DNA from: an uncultured Oscillospiraceae bacterium
GTDB taxonomy: Bacteria > Bacillota > Clostridia > Oscillospirales > Ruminococcaceae
Assembly (NCBI GenBank): GCA_964525015.1
Contig: CAZGFY010000007.1
Coordinates: 2,414 to 66,413 of the forward strand
Length of the DNA: 64,000 nucleotides
Reading direction: 5' to 3'
Shown: positions 10,239 to 18,226 of the stretch, piece by piece
Layout of the letters: the number at the start of each line of letters is the position of its first letter
Position numbering within the stretch: position 1 is the stretch's first letter
Position numbers and translations under genes: made by a program
The notes under the pieces: model-generated
Databases searched by the model: none
The model's input: the letters and a program-made list of their open reading frames with translations, nothing else
What the model was told of the DNA's origin: nothing

Positions 10239-11699
10239 ATGTATTATATAGGAATTGATGTTGGAACATCTGCCACTAAAATGCTTTTGATGCATAAAAG
10301 TGGTGAAATTAAAAATATTGTTAGTAGAGATTATCCTCTTTTAATGCCAAATACAGGATGGTCGGAGCAATCGCCAGAAGATTGGTGGAAAGCAGTTGTA
10401 GATGGTATGGGTGAATTAATTTCACCCATAGACGCTAGCGAAATTAAGGGAATTAGCTTTGGTGGGCAAATGCACGGTCTTGTTATTTTAGATAAAGATG
10501 ATAATGTTATCCGTCCGGCAATTTTATGGAATGATGGCAGAACAGGAAAAGAAACGGAATATTTAAATAATGTAGTAGGCACAGAAAAATTAGCAAAACT
10601 CACAGCTAATATTGCCTTTGCAGGATTTACTGCACCTAAAATTCTATGGGTGAAAGAGAACGAACCAGAAAACTTTAGTAAGATTGATAAGATTATGCTA
10701 CCAAAAGATTATCTAGCTTATAAAATGACAGGTGTTCATAGCTGTGATTACTCAGATGCAGCAGGAACTTTGCTTTTAGATGTTGAAAAAAGAGAATGGT
10801 CGAGCGAAATGCTCAAAATTTGTTCAGTACAAGAAAAGCAAATGCCTAAATTATTTTACTCTTATGAGTGTACAGGAACTATTTTAGAAGATGTTGCAAA
10901 ACAGCTAGGACTACCAAAAGACGTTAAGATTATGGCTGGTGCAGGGGATAATGCTGCTGCTGCCGTTGGAACTGGAACTGTTTCAAATGGGAGCTGTAAT
11001 ATATCTCTTGGAACTTCTGGAACTGTATTTATATCAAGCGATAAGTTTAGCTTACCAGATAACAATGCAATTCACGCATTCAATCATGTTAATGAAAATT
11101 ATCATTTGCTTGGCTGTATATTAAGTGCTGCTTCTTGTAATAAATGGTGGAGTGAAGATATTCTAGGCACTAAAGATTTTAATTCTCTTCAAAAAGATTT
11201 TGTTCCAGCTGGTGAGAATAAAGTGTTTTTTGCACCATATTTAATGGGAGAGAGAACGCCACATAATAATCCAAACGTTAGAGGTGCGTTTTTTGGTTTA
11301 TCAATGGATACAACAAAAGGTATGATGACTCAAAGTATAATGGAGGGCGTAACTTTTGCAGTTAGAGATAGTGTTGAAATTGCAAGAGAGCAAGGTACTG
11401 ATATTAAAATGACTAAAATTTGTGGTGGTGGTGCGAAAAGTCCAGTTTGGCGACAAATGGTTGCTGATATAATGAATTTACCAGTGCAAACAATAGAATC
11501 AGAAGAAGGCCCAGGCCTTGGAGCTGCTATGCTTGCAGCGGTTGGATGTAATGAATATAAAAGCGTTGAAGATTGTGTAAATGCAATAGTAAAAGTAACT
11601 GATACGATTTATCCAAATGATGAGTCAGTTAAAAAATATGAACAATCATACCAAATTTTTAAAAAATTATATAAGGCTGTTTTAAGTGTTGATATTTAA
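10239..11699 (+). CDS. xylB: FGGY-family sugar kinase, xylulokinase-like
   Basis: YIGIDVGTSATK, GGQMHG, ILWNDGR, GERTPH and GGGAKSPVWRQMVADI are motifs typical of XylB-type FGGY kinases. Confidence 0.8.
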   Translation: MYYIGIDVGTSATKMLLMHKSGEIKNIVSRDYPLLMPNTGWSEQSPEDWWKAVVDGMGELISPIDASEIKGISFGGQMHGLVILDKDDNVIRPAILWNDGRTGKETEYLNNVVGTEKLAKLTANIAFAGFTAPKILWVKENEPENFSKIDKIMLPKDYLAYKMTGVHSCDYSDAAGTLLLDVEKREWSSEMLKICSVQEKQMPKLFYSYECTGTILEDVAKQLGLPKDVKIMAGAGDNAAAAVGTGTVSNGSCNISLGTSGTVFISSDKFSLPDNNAIHAFNHVNENYHLLGCILSAASCNKWWSEDILGTKDFNSLQKDFVPAGENKVFFAPYLMGERTPHNNPNVRGAFFGLSMDTTKGMMTQSIMEGVTFAVRDSVEIAREQGTDIKMTKICGGGAKSPVWRQMVADIMNLPVQTIESEEGPGLGAAMLAAVGCNEYKSVEDCVNAIVKVTDTIYPNDESVKKYEQSYQIFKKLYKAVLSVDI

Positions 11700-11734
11700 A
11701 TAAAATTGAATAAAACTTAGTGCTTATAAAGAAT

Positions 11735-11768
11735 AAACGTCAACTTTTTAGTTGACGTTTATTTTTTT
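11735..11768. terminator. Bidirectional intrinsic terminator between convergent genes
   Basis: AAACGTCAAC / GTTGACGTTT 10-bp stem, A-run upstream and T-run downstream. Confidence 0.8.
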
Positions 11769-11790
11769 ATTTATAATAATTACATATATA

Positions 11791-13131
11791 CTAATTTAAA
11801 GAATAATTTTCCATTTCAGTAATTGATTCTAAAACTCTACCATAGATTGATTTATCTTCATTTATAGCGATATTTTTTATTTCTTGAATATCTAATTTAT
11901 CAAAATCAGTTAGTGTGTTTTTAATTACTTTAAAAGAATAATGAACAACTTTAGCATAATCAAGTTCTGCTCGAAATCTTTTTTGGAGATATGAAATATT
12001 GCCACTTTCGCCTAAAATCCAAATGGTGCTTTTTCTCATATTTATTGTATCTATTAAAACATCTTCAGAATTTTCCATTAGATTATCTTGAATATTTTTA
12101 GCATTCACCATATTTTTTATAAACATCATCCTTGCAATACTAAAATTTAAATGCCCTTTAAAAAGGATATCATCCATAGAAAGCTCTAAAGCATTTGAGA
12201 AAGCTGTGATGGCTAAATTAGAATAATGGATAATCTCTTCTCTTGCTTTTTCAAAATCAATATTTGAAATATTTAAAATATTACTTATTATGAATTCATC
12301 CTTAGTATTGCCCGTGTATTTTGAAATAAGCTTTGATGCTCTTGCTTTATATTCAAGGCCAAGATAGTTGTAATAAGCAGCTCTTGCAACAGGATTAATT
12401 AAAATTCCCTGTCTTATATCAAGAATTTTAATGCTATCTCCATAGTTTTTAGCATTATTTTGTCTTGAATGTTGATAATATAATATTTTTTCTATTAACT
12501 TAATATTCTCATCAATAACAAATATAGTACCATTGTTTATTTCATTAAATTTTTCATTATTTTTCTTTAATGCTGGAATAATTTTAGATGATAGACTTTC
12601 TATATCATTGCTAAAATATGCAAACCAAATTAAATTATCTATTACATATTGAATTGCTCGAGTAAACTCCATACAGGTTTTATAATCTTTATCAACCTTT
12701 TTTTCAATATCATTAAAAATATAGTTTTGAAGCTCGATGTTAGTTAAAAGATTGGTATCGTTTTCTATACCACACAGTTCTCTAATTTTTTCGCTGTAAT
12801 TAACAGAATAATTTTCATTTTCTAAAACATTACCCTCCATTGATGTTATCTTATTTAAAACATCTATTGAAGAATATGTTTTAATTGCTATACCTAGTGC
12901 TAAAATAGATATACCCCAAGAACTAAATAGTATAACAAAATCATTAATAGCAAAATTATTTGTTGAAATAAAAGTTAAAACATCTCCATTTAATAAAGCT
13001 GATAGTGCGTCTTCATCAGGAAAATTAGTTACAAAAAAGCTGTAAACTCCATAAAATAATGCAAAAGCAATTATTAAAATACCAACTAGAATAAAAATAT
13101 TATCCCATAAATTTTTAAATGTTTTATTCAT
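11791..13131 (-). CDS. Hypothetical membrane-anchored helical-repeat protein
   Basis: ORF track 11791..13164. ATG 13131 is preferred because GGAGGC lies 8 nt upstream. Two N-terminal TM segments (IFILVGILIIAFALFYGVYSFF; FVILFSSWGISILALGIAI), then ~350 aa that look all-helical with TPR-like stretches (AAYYNYLGLEYKARASKL). No family recognised. Confidence 0.6.
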   Translation of the reverse strand: MNKTFKNLWDNIFILVGILIIAFALFYGVYSFFVTNFPDEDALSALLNGDVLTFISTNNFAINDFVILFSSWGISILALGIAIKTYSSIDVLNKITSMEGNVLENENYSVNYSEKIRELCGIENDTNLLTNIELQNYIFNDIEKKVDKDYKTCMEFTRAIQYVIDNLIWFAYFSNDIESLSSKIIPALKKNNEKFNEINNGTIFVIDENIKLIEKILYYQHSRQNNAKNYGDSIKILDIRQGILINPVARAAYYNYLGLEYKARASKLISKYTGNTKDEFIISNILNISNIDFEKAREEIIHYSNLAITAFSNALELSMDDILFKGHLNFSIARMMFIKNMVNAKNIQDNLMENSEDVLIDTINMRKSTIWILGESGNISYLQKRFRAELDYAKVVHYSFKVIKNTLTDFDKLDIQEIKNIAINEDKSIYGRVLESITEMENYSLN

Positions 13132-13154
13132 TATGTGAGCCTCCATTTCATAAA

Positions 13155-14786
13155 TTAAAAACAAGCAATATTGCTATCTGTTCTGCTTTCAGTTCCACCA
13201 ACTAAAACCCCATTTTGAAGTTTTATAATTATTTGACCACGTCCGAAAGAAACATTATCTAGTGCAACTTCAATTTTATGTCCCTTAGCTGATAATTGTT
13301 TTGCAATTTCATTTGAAAAGCTATCCTCTACTATAAATGAAGTATCTTTTGTCCATTGCCATCTAGGTGCGTCAAGTGCCTGCTGTGGATTTAAATTAAA
13401 ATCAATTAAATTCATAGCTACTTGAACGTGTGCCTGTGGCTGCATATACCCACCCATAACGCCAAAAGGTGCAATCGCTTCACCATCTTTTTTAATAAAG
13501 CCAGGGATTATGGTGTGGTAAGTTTTTTTACCACCTTTAAGCGAGTTTGCAGCATTTTCATCTAAAGAAAAATCAGCACCACGATTTTGCATTGATATAC
13601 CAGTATCTGAAACTACAATTCCTGAGCCAAAGCCCATATAATTACTTTGAATAAGTGAAACCATATTTCCTTCGCCATCGGCAGTACAAAGATAAACTGT
13701 CCCACTTTTAGGTGGAAGTTCAGGACAAGGAGATTGAACTTCATCAGTTATTTGTTTTGCTCGATGTTTTCCGTATTCATCGCTTATTAAATCTTTGTAG
13801 TCAAAAGTCATAAAGGCAGGGTCGGTTATGTGTTTTTTTCCATCAGCAAAAGCAATTTTAATGGCTTCAAATTGTTTGTGGAATGTATCAACGCTTTCTT
13901 TTTCTTTAAAATCAAATTCTTTAAGCATATTAAGTGCCATTAAAGCAACAATACCTTGTCCGTTAGGTGGGATTTCGCAAATATCATATCCTTTATAATT
14001 AACTGAAATAGGTTCAACCCAGCTCGGCGAATAGTTTATAAAATCATCTTTAGTGAAAAAGCCACCATGTTTTTCGCTTTCTTCAACGATTTTTTCCATT
14101 AGATTTCCTTGATAAAAGGATTTTGCGTTTGTTTTTCCGATTTCTTCAAGTGTGCTTGCATGGTAAGGAAGCGTGATTATATCGCCAGCTAATGGGATTT
14201 TATTATTTGGCACAAAGGTGTTAAACCAGTTTTTAAATTCTTCTTTGTCTTTTAGTACATCATTGAATTTAAGAGTTGCCCTTTTCCACATCTTTGCAAG
14301 ATTTGCAGAAGCCGGATAACCGTATCTTGCATAATTAATAGCCGGTTTTAATGTTTCATCAAGGCTTAATTTACCAAACTTTCTATTCATCTCTGCCCAG
14401 CCAGCAGGCGCACCAGGAACCATTGTTGCACTCCAGCCGTATAAAGGCATTTTATCCCCCTCGATTTCTTCGCCGTGTTTATCACGAATTTTTTTAATAG
14501 AAATATTTTTTGGAGAAATTCCACTTGCATTAAGTCCATATAATTTTTTTTCTTTTTCAATCCAAATAAGTGCAAAACAATCTCCACCTATTCCATTTGC
14601 ACTAGGTTCTGTAACTGTTAAGGTGGTTGCAGTTGCAATAGCTGCATCAATAGCATTTCCGCCATTTTGAAGTATTGAAAGCCCAGCAGATGCTGCTTGA
14701 GAAGATGAAGAGCAAACCATTCCATTTTTTGCATAAATAGGATAACGAATTGATTTGTAAGGCTGATATGTAGGGATAAAATTCAT
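13155..14786 (-). CDS. ggt: Gamma-glutamyltransferase family protein without signal peptide (YwrD-like)
   Basis: TEPSANGIGGDCFAL, SGTVYLCTADGEGNMVSLIQSNYMGFGSGIV (autoprocessing Thr region) and FGVMGGYMQPQ. The ORF-track start at 14801 is a TTG inside the SD (TTGGAGGA). ATG 14786 is preferred. Confidence 0.85.
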   Translation of the reverse strand: MNFIPTYQPYKSIRYPIYAKNGMVCSSSSQAASAGLSILQNGGNAIDAAIATATTLTVTEPSANGIGGDCFALIWIEKEKKLYGLNASGISPKNISIKKIRDKHGEEIEGDKMPLYGWSATMVPGAPAGWAEMNRKFGKLSLDETLKPAINYARYGYPASANLAKMWKRATLKFNDVLKDKEEFKNWFNTFVPNNKIPLAGDIITLPYHASTLEEIGKTNAKSFYQGNLMEKIVEESEKHGGFFTKDDFINYSPSWVEPISVNYKGYDICEIPPNGQGIVALMALNMLKEFDFKEKESVDTFHKQFEAIKIAFADGKKHITDPAFMTFDYKDLISDEYGKHRAKQITDEVQSPCPELPPKSGTVYLCTADGEGNMVSLIQSNYMGFGSGIVVSDTGISMQNRGADFSLDENAANSLKGGKKTYHTIIPGFIKKDGEAIAPFGVMGGYMQPQAHVQVAMNLIDFNLNPQQALDAPRWQWTKDTSFIVEDSFSNEIAKQLSAKGHKIEVALDNVSFGRGQIIIKLQNGVLVGGTESRTDSNIACF

Positions 14787-14961
14787 AAAAATGTCCTCCA
14801 ATTAAGCGTTTTAATATATATTAATATTATATACATAGATTTAAAGTTTTACAAGAAATTATTTATTTAATATTTATATTGCAAATTATAGATTAGAATG
14901 ATAGAATAATTAAAAGGGAATATATTAAATAGCTTTTAAATGACGAGAGGAAGTAAGTATT

Positions 14962-16197
14962 ATGGATTTGAAAAATCCGATGATGGATAGCAGATTTAAT
15001 ATTAAGAGTTATGATCAATATCTAATTGATTTAAAAGAGAAAAAATTTAATAAACTATGCATGACCGAAGTTATGAATGCTGATATGATGATAGCTCATT
15101 TTGGCGAAGAAAGTTATAATAAAACTTGTAGTGACATATTAGAAATGGGGAATATAGGATATAAACAGATGGGAATAGACCATTTAATCCATGTTTATGC
15201 TAGAGATTATAAATCATTTATGGCTGTTGCTAATGATGATATGTCAAACGAAGATTTTTATAATTTAATGAGAGCTTCATATGAATATTATGAAATTTCA
15301 TCATCAAAAGAAACAGAACTTGGAGGAGTATCAAGATTTGTTTTAGCTTTTGGAGATAATTTAGTTAATAAAGCTAGAAGTGCAAGCTATTTTAATAAAG
15401 ACTTACAGAATAATTTTATAGTGGCATCTGATGAAACTGAAAAATTAAAAGAAGAACGAGAAGAGAATTTAAAGATATTTAATTTGCTAGATTATGCTAT
15501 TAAAAATGATAAAGTAGTTCCTTTTTATCAAGGTATTCATAATAATAAACTAAATAAAATAACAAAGTATGAAGCTTTAATGCGCGTATATGATGAAAAT
15601 GATAAAATTTGTCCACCGGGTGTTTTTTTAGAGATATCAAAAAAACTGAAGATGTATTTAACTCTAAGTAAGATAATTGTGGATAAAGCATTAAAAGATT
15701 TTGAAAATAAAGAAATAGAGGTTAGTTTAAATATTTCGCTATTTGATATAGAATCAGAAGATTTTAGAAACTGGTTTATTCAAAGGATTAAAGAGCATAA
15801 AAATCCAAATAAAATTATAGTTGAATTTGTTGAAACAGAAAACTATAATGGAAACAGGCAAATGATTGATTTTTTACAAGAAATTAGAGAATTAGGCTGT
15901 AAAATAGCAGTAGACGACTTTGGTGTTGGATTTGCAACATATTCTTCAATAATATCTTTAAAGCCAGATATTATTAAAATTGATGGTGATATTATTAAAA
16001 AAATCACTAAGAATGAAGAGAGTAAGATAATATTAGATTCAATTTGCTATATGGCAAAGTTGATAAAATCTGAAATAGTTGCAGAATTTGTGGAAAATGA
16101 GAAAATACAAAAAATGTTATACGATAGTGATATTGAATATTCACAAGGGTATTATTTCTCAAAACCAAGGAATATTAGCGAATTAGATATAAAATAA
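14962..16197 (+). CDS. EAL-domain c-di-GMP phosphodiesterase with uncharacterised N-terminal domain
   Basis: The C-terminal half has an intact catalytic set: YEALMRV, NISLFD, EFVETE, AVDDFGVGFAT, KIDG, EFVENE, QGYYFSKP. The N-terminal ~190 aa is unassigned. Confidence 0.85.
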   Translation: MDLKNPMMDSRFNIKSYDQYLIDLKEKKFNKLCMTEVMNADMMIAHFGEESYNKTCSDILEMGNIGYKQMGIDHLIHVYARDYKSFMAVANDDMSNEDFYNLMRASYEYYEISSSKETELGGVSRFVLAFGDNLVNKARSASYFNKDLQNNFIVASDETEKLKEEREENLKIFNLLDYAIKNDKVVPFYQGIHNNKLNKITKYEALMRVYDENDKICPPGVFLEISKKLKMYLTLSKIIVDKALKDFENKEIEVSLNISLFDIESEDFRNWFIQRIKEHKNPNKIIVEFVETENYNGNRQMIDFLQEIRELGCKIAVDDFGVGFATYSSIISLKPDIIKIDGDIIKKITKNEESKIILDSICYMAKLIKSEIVAEFVENEKIQKMLYDSDIEYSQGYYFSKPRNISELDIK

Positions 16198-16200
16198 TAA

Positions 16201-16237
16201 AAAATCGATTTTCATTATTTGAAAATCGATTTTTTTA
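16201..16237. terminator. Bidirectional terminator
   Basis: AAAATCGATTTTC / GAAAATCGATTTT stem followed by a T-run. Lies between convergent genes. Confidence 0.75.
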
Positions 16238-16252
16238 TAGTTATAATATAAT

Positions 16253-16714
16253 TTAAAATTGAACAAGTAATACTAAGCCAATAATAATTAAGCTAATTCC
16301 AATAAGTAATAAAACAGACCCAGCAGAATTTGTTTGGTTAATTAAAGATTGGGAATCAATAATTGCAGTTTGAGCATCTTCGTTATATACTCTTATTTTA
16401 ATTTCATCGCCAGTTGCAAATTTTTTACCGTCTTTTTTTTCGCTAAGTTTCCTTATACTTATCCCCATATTACTTTTAATAAGGTGTGAGGTTCCATTAA
16501 AATCAAATTCTAAAACAGGGTAGTGATATACTGGCTTTTTCTTTGTGTAGCTTGTTTGAGCTTCTTGGCTAACTATTTCAGAAATTTTGCCATAAGCTGT
16601 TTTATAATGCTGTGAGTTTAGAGAATTTGTTCTTCTTAAAACAAATATTCCAAGGCTAAAAAATACAAGACCTATAATTATAGATACGAATGCTAAAAAA
16701 GTGAATGCTATCAT
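16253..16714 (-). CDS. DUF3592-like membrane protein (paralogue 3 of 3)
   Basis: N-terminal TM, ~100-aa beta-type domain (YHYPVLEFDFNGTSH ... GDEIKIRVYNEDAQTAIID), C-terminal TM. This is the layout I associate with DUF3592. Confidence 0.65.
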   Translation of the reverse strand: MIAFTFLAFVSIIIGLVFFSLGIFVLRRTNSLNSQHYKTAYGKISEIVSQEAQTSYTKKKPVYHYPVLEFDFNGTSHLIKSNMGISIRKLSEKKDGKKFATGDEIKIRVYNEDAQTAIIDSQSLINQTNSAGSVLLLIGISLIIIGLVLLVQF

Positions 16715-16739
16715 TGTGAAAAACCTCTCTAATTGTATA

Positions 16740-17213
16740 TTATTGTAATAATAAAATATTTACGATAAGAAATATTAACCCCAAAACAGTGAAAAGTCCA
16801 CCGATGCTCATAAAGATAATTGCCCCAGTTTTTGCAACATTTAAAACTTTTGGTGAATCGATAATAACAGAGTTAATATCATTATGATAAATCCTTGCTG
16901 TAACCCTATCTCCAATTGAAAAAGTGTCGGGAGAATAAGAAGTGCTTGTTTTATTATAAGGGATATTGGTATTACTTTTAACAGAGTAATTATATCCATT
17001 ATAAACAAAATCTAAAACAGCGAAGTAATATGTGTTTCTAATTTTTGAAGAGCCACTGCTTTTTTTCTCGATAATATCCGTAATAGTTGCAGATACAGAA
17101 TCGTATTTTTCATTTTTTAAATTATTGCTATGTTTAAATAAGGTTATACCCGTTAAAAGAACGATACCCCCTATTAAAATAAAGGCTATTGATAGTATAG
17201 TGAATGCGAGCAT
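16740..17213 (-). CDS. DUF3592-like membrane protein (paralogue 2 of 3)
   Basis: Same architecture: YYFAVLDFVYNGYNY ... GDRVTARIYHNDINSVIID, flanked by TM segments. Confidence 0.65.
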   Translation of the reverse strand: MLAFTILSIAFILIGGIVLLTGITLFKHSNNLKNEKYDSVSATITDIIEKKSSGSSKIRNTYYFAVLDFVYNGYNYSVKSNTNIPYNKTSTSYSPDTFSIGDRVTARIYHNDINSVIIDSPKVLNVAKTGAIIFMSIGGLFTVLGLIFLIVNILLLQ

Positions 17214-17232
17214 TATAGTTTCCTTTCAAATT

Positions 17233-17688
17233 TTATAGTAGTTGCAGGGCAATTCCAATTATAATTAAGAAAACGCCATACATTAGTAAAGATTTAATAT
17301 CAGATTTTTTACTATTTAAAATATCATCCGAATTAATCATTGCAGTTTTTATATCATTTTGATAAATACGAATACTAACTTCATCATCGATCTTTATTAA
17401 ATTAACATTTGATTTAAGATGTTTTTTATTAGTTGGAAGACTAATTCCACTTTGAACGTGGTATTCAGTATTATTAAAACTAAAATTTAATACAGGATAT
17501 TTAAAAGTTTTCGTATTTGGTTCTTTCCCCTTAATAATAGTTGTTACATCTTCAATTGTTCCAGATACAAGAGTGAACTCTTTAGAAGAATATTTTTTTA
17601 AGGCTTTGCTAGAGATAATAAATGCAAATATTCCTATAAATCCACCGGCTAAAGATAGCAGGCTAACGATAAAAAATAATATATCCAT
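17233..17688 (-). CDS. DUF3592-like membrane protein (paralogue 1 of 3)
   Basis: Same architecture: FKYPVLNFSFNNTEY ... DDEVSIRIYQNDIKTAMIN, flanked by TM segments. Confidence 0.65.
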   Translation of the reverse strand: MDILFFIVSLLSLAGGFIGIFAFIISSKALKKYSSKEFTLVSGTIEDVTTIIKGKEPNTKTFKYPVLNFSFNNTEYHVQSGISLPTNKKHLKSNVNLIKIDDEVSIRIYQNDIKTAMINSDDILNSKKSDIKSLLMYGVFLIIIGIALQLL

Positions 17689-17833
17689 TTAAATACTCCT
17701 TTCTGCATTAAAAAAATATAATAATAGTACGATTTTATTATTTTAACATTTTTAAAAAGATTTTGCAATCAAATATATGATTATTATATATTATATGGTA
17801 TAATAGTATAAAATTAAAAAAGGAGTTAAGAAA

Positions 17834-18181
17834 ATGAATATACCAAACTGCCCAAATTGCAATTGTGATTACACATACGAAGATGGAAATTTAATTATTT
17901 GCCCAAACTGCTTGCACGAATGGGATAAAAATACTGTGATAGAAAACAATGATGAAAGCCCAGTGATAAAAGACGCTAGTGGAAATGTTTTATCAGATGG
18001 CGACAGTGTAACTTTAGTTAAAACACTAAAAGTTAAAGGTGCGCAAGGAGATTTAAAAATCGGAACAAAGGTTAAAAATATACGCCTTGTTTATGATAGT
18101 AAAGATGATCACGATATAGAATGTAAGATAGATGGATTTGGAGCAATGAAATTAAAATCCTCAGTTGTGAAAAAAGCATAA
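17834..18181 (+). CDS. phnA: PhnA/YjdM zinc-ribbon protein
   Basis: N-terminal [21 protein letters not shown] zinc ribbon and C-terminal [20 protein letters not shown] ... [23 protein letters not shown], typical of YjdM/PhnA. Confidence 0.85.
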   Translation: MNIPNCPNCNCDYTYEDGNLIICPNCLHEWDKNTVIENNDESPVIKDASGNVLSDGDSVTLVKTLKVKGAQGDLKIGTKVKNIRLVYDSKDDHDIECKIDGFGAMKLKSSVVKKA

Positions 18182-18184
18182 TTA

Positions 18185-18215
18185 AAAAACTCGACTATTA
18201 ATAGTCGAGTTTTTA
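18185..18215. terminator. Bidirectional terminator
   Basis: CTCGACTA-TTAA-TAGTCGAG hairpin with an A-run upstream and a T-run downstream. Confidence 0.8.
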
Positions 18216-18226
18216 TTTTAAAAATA

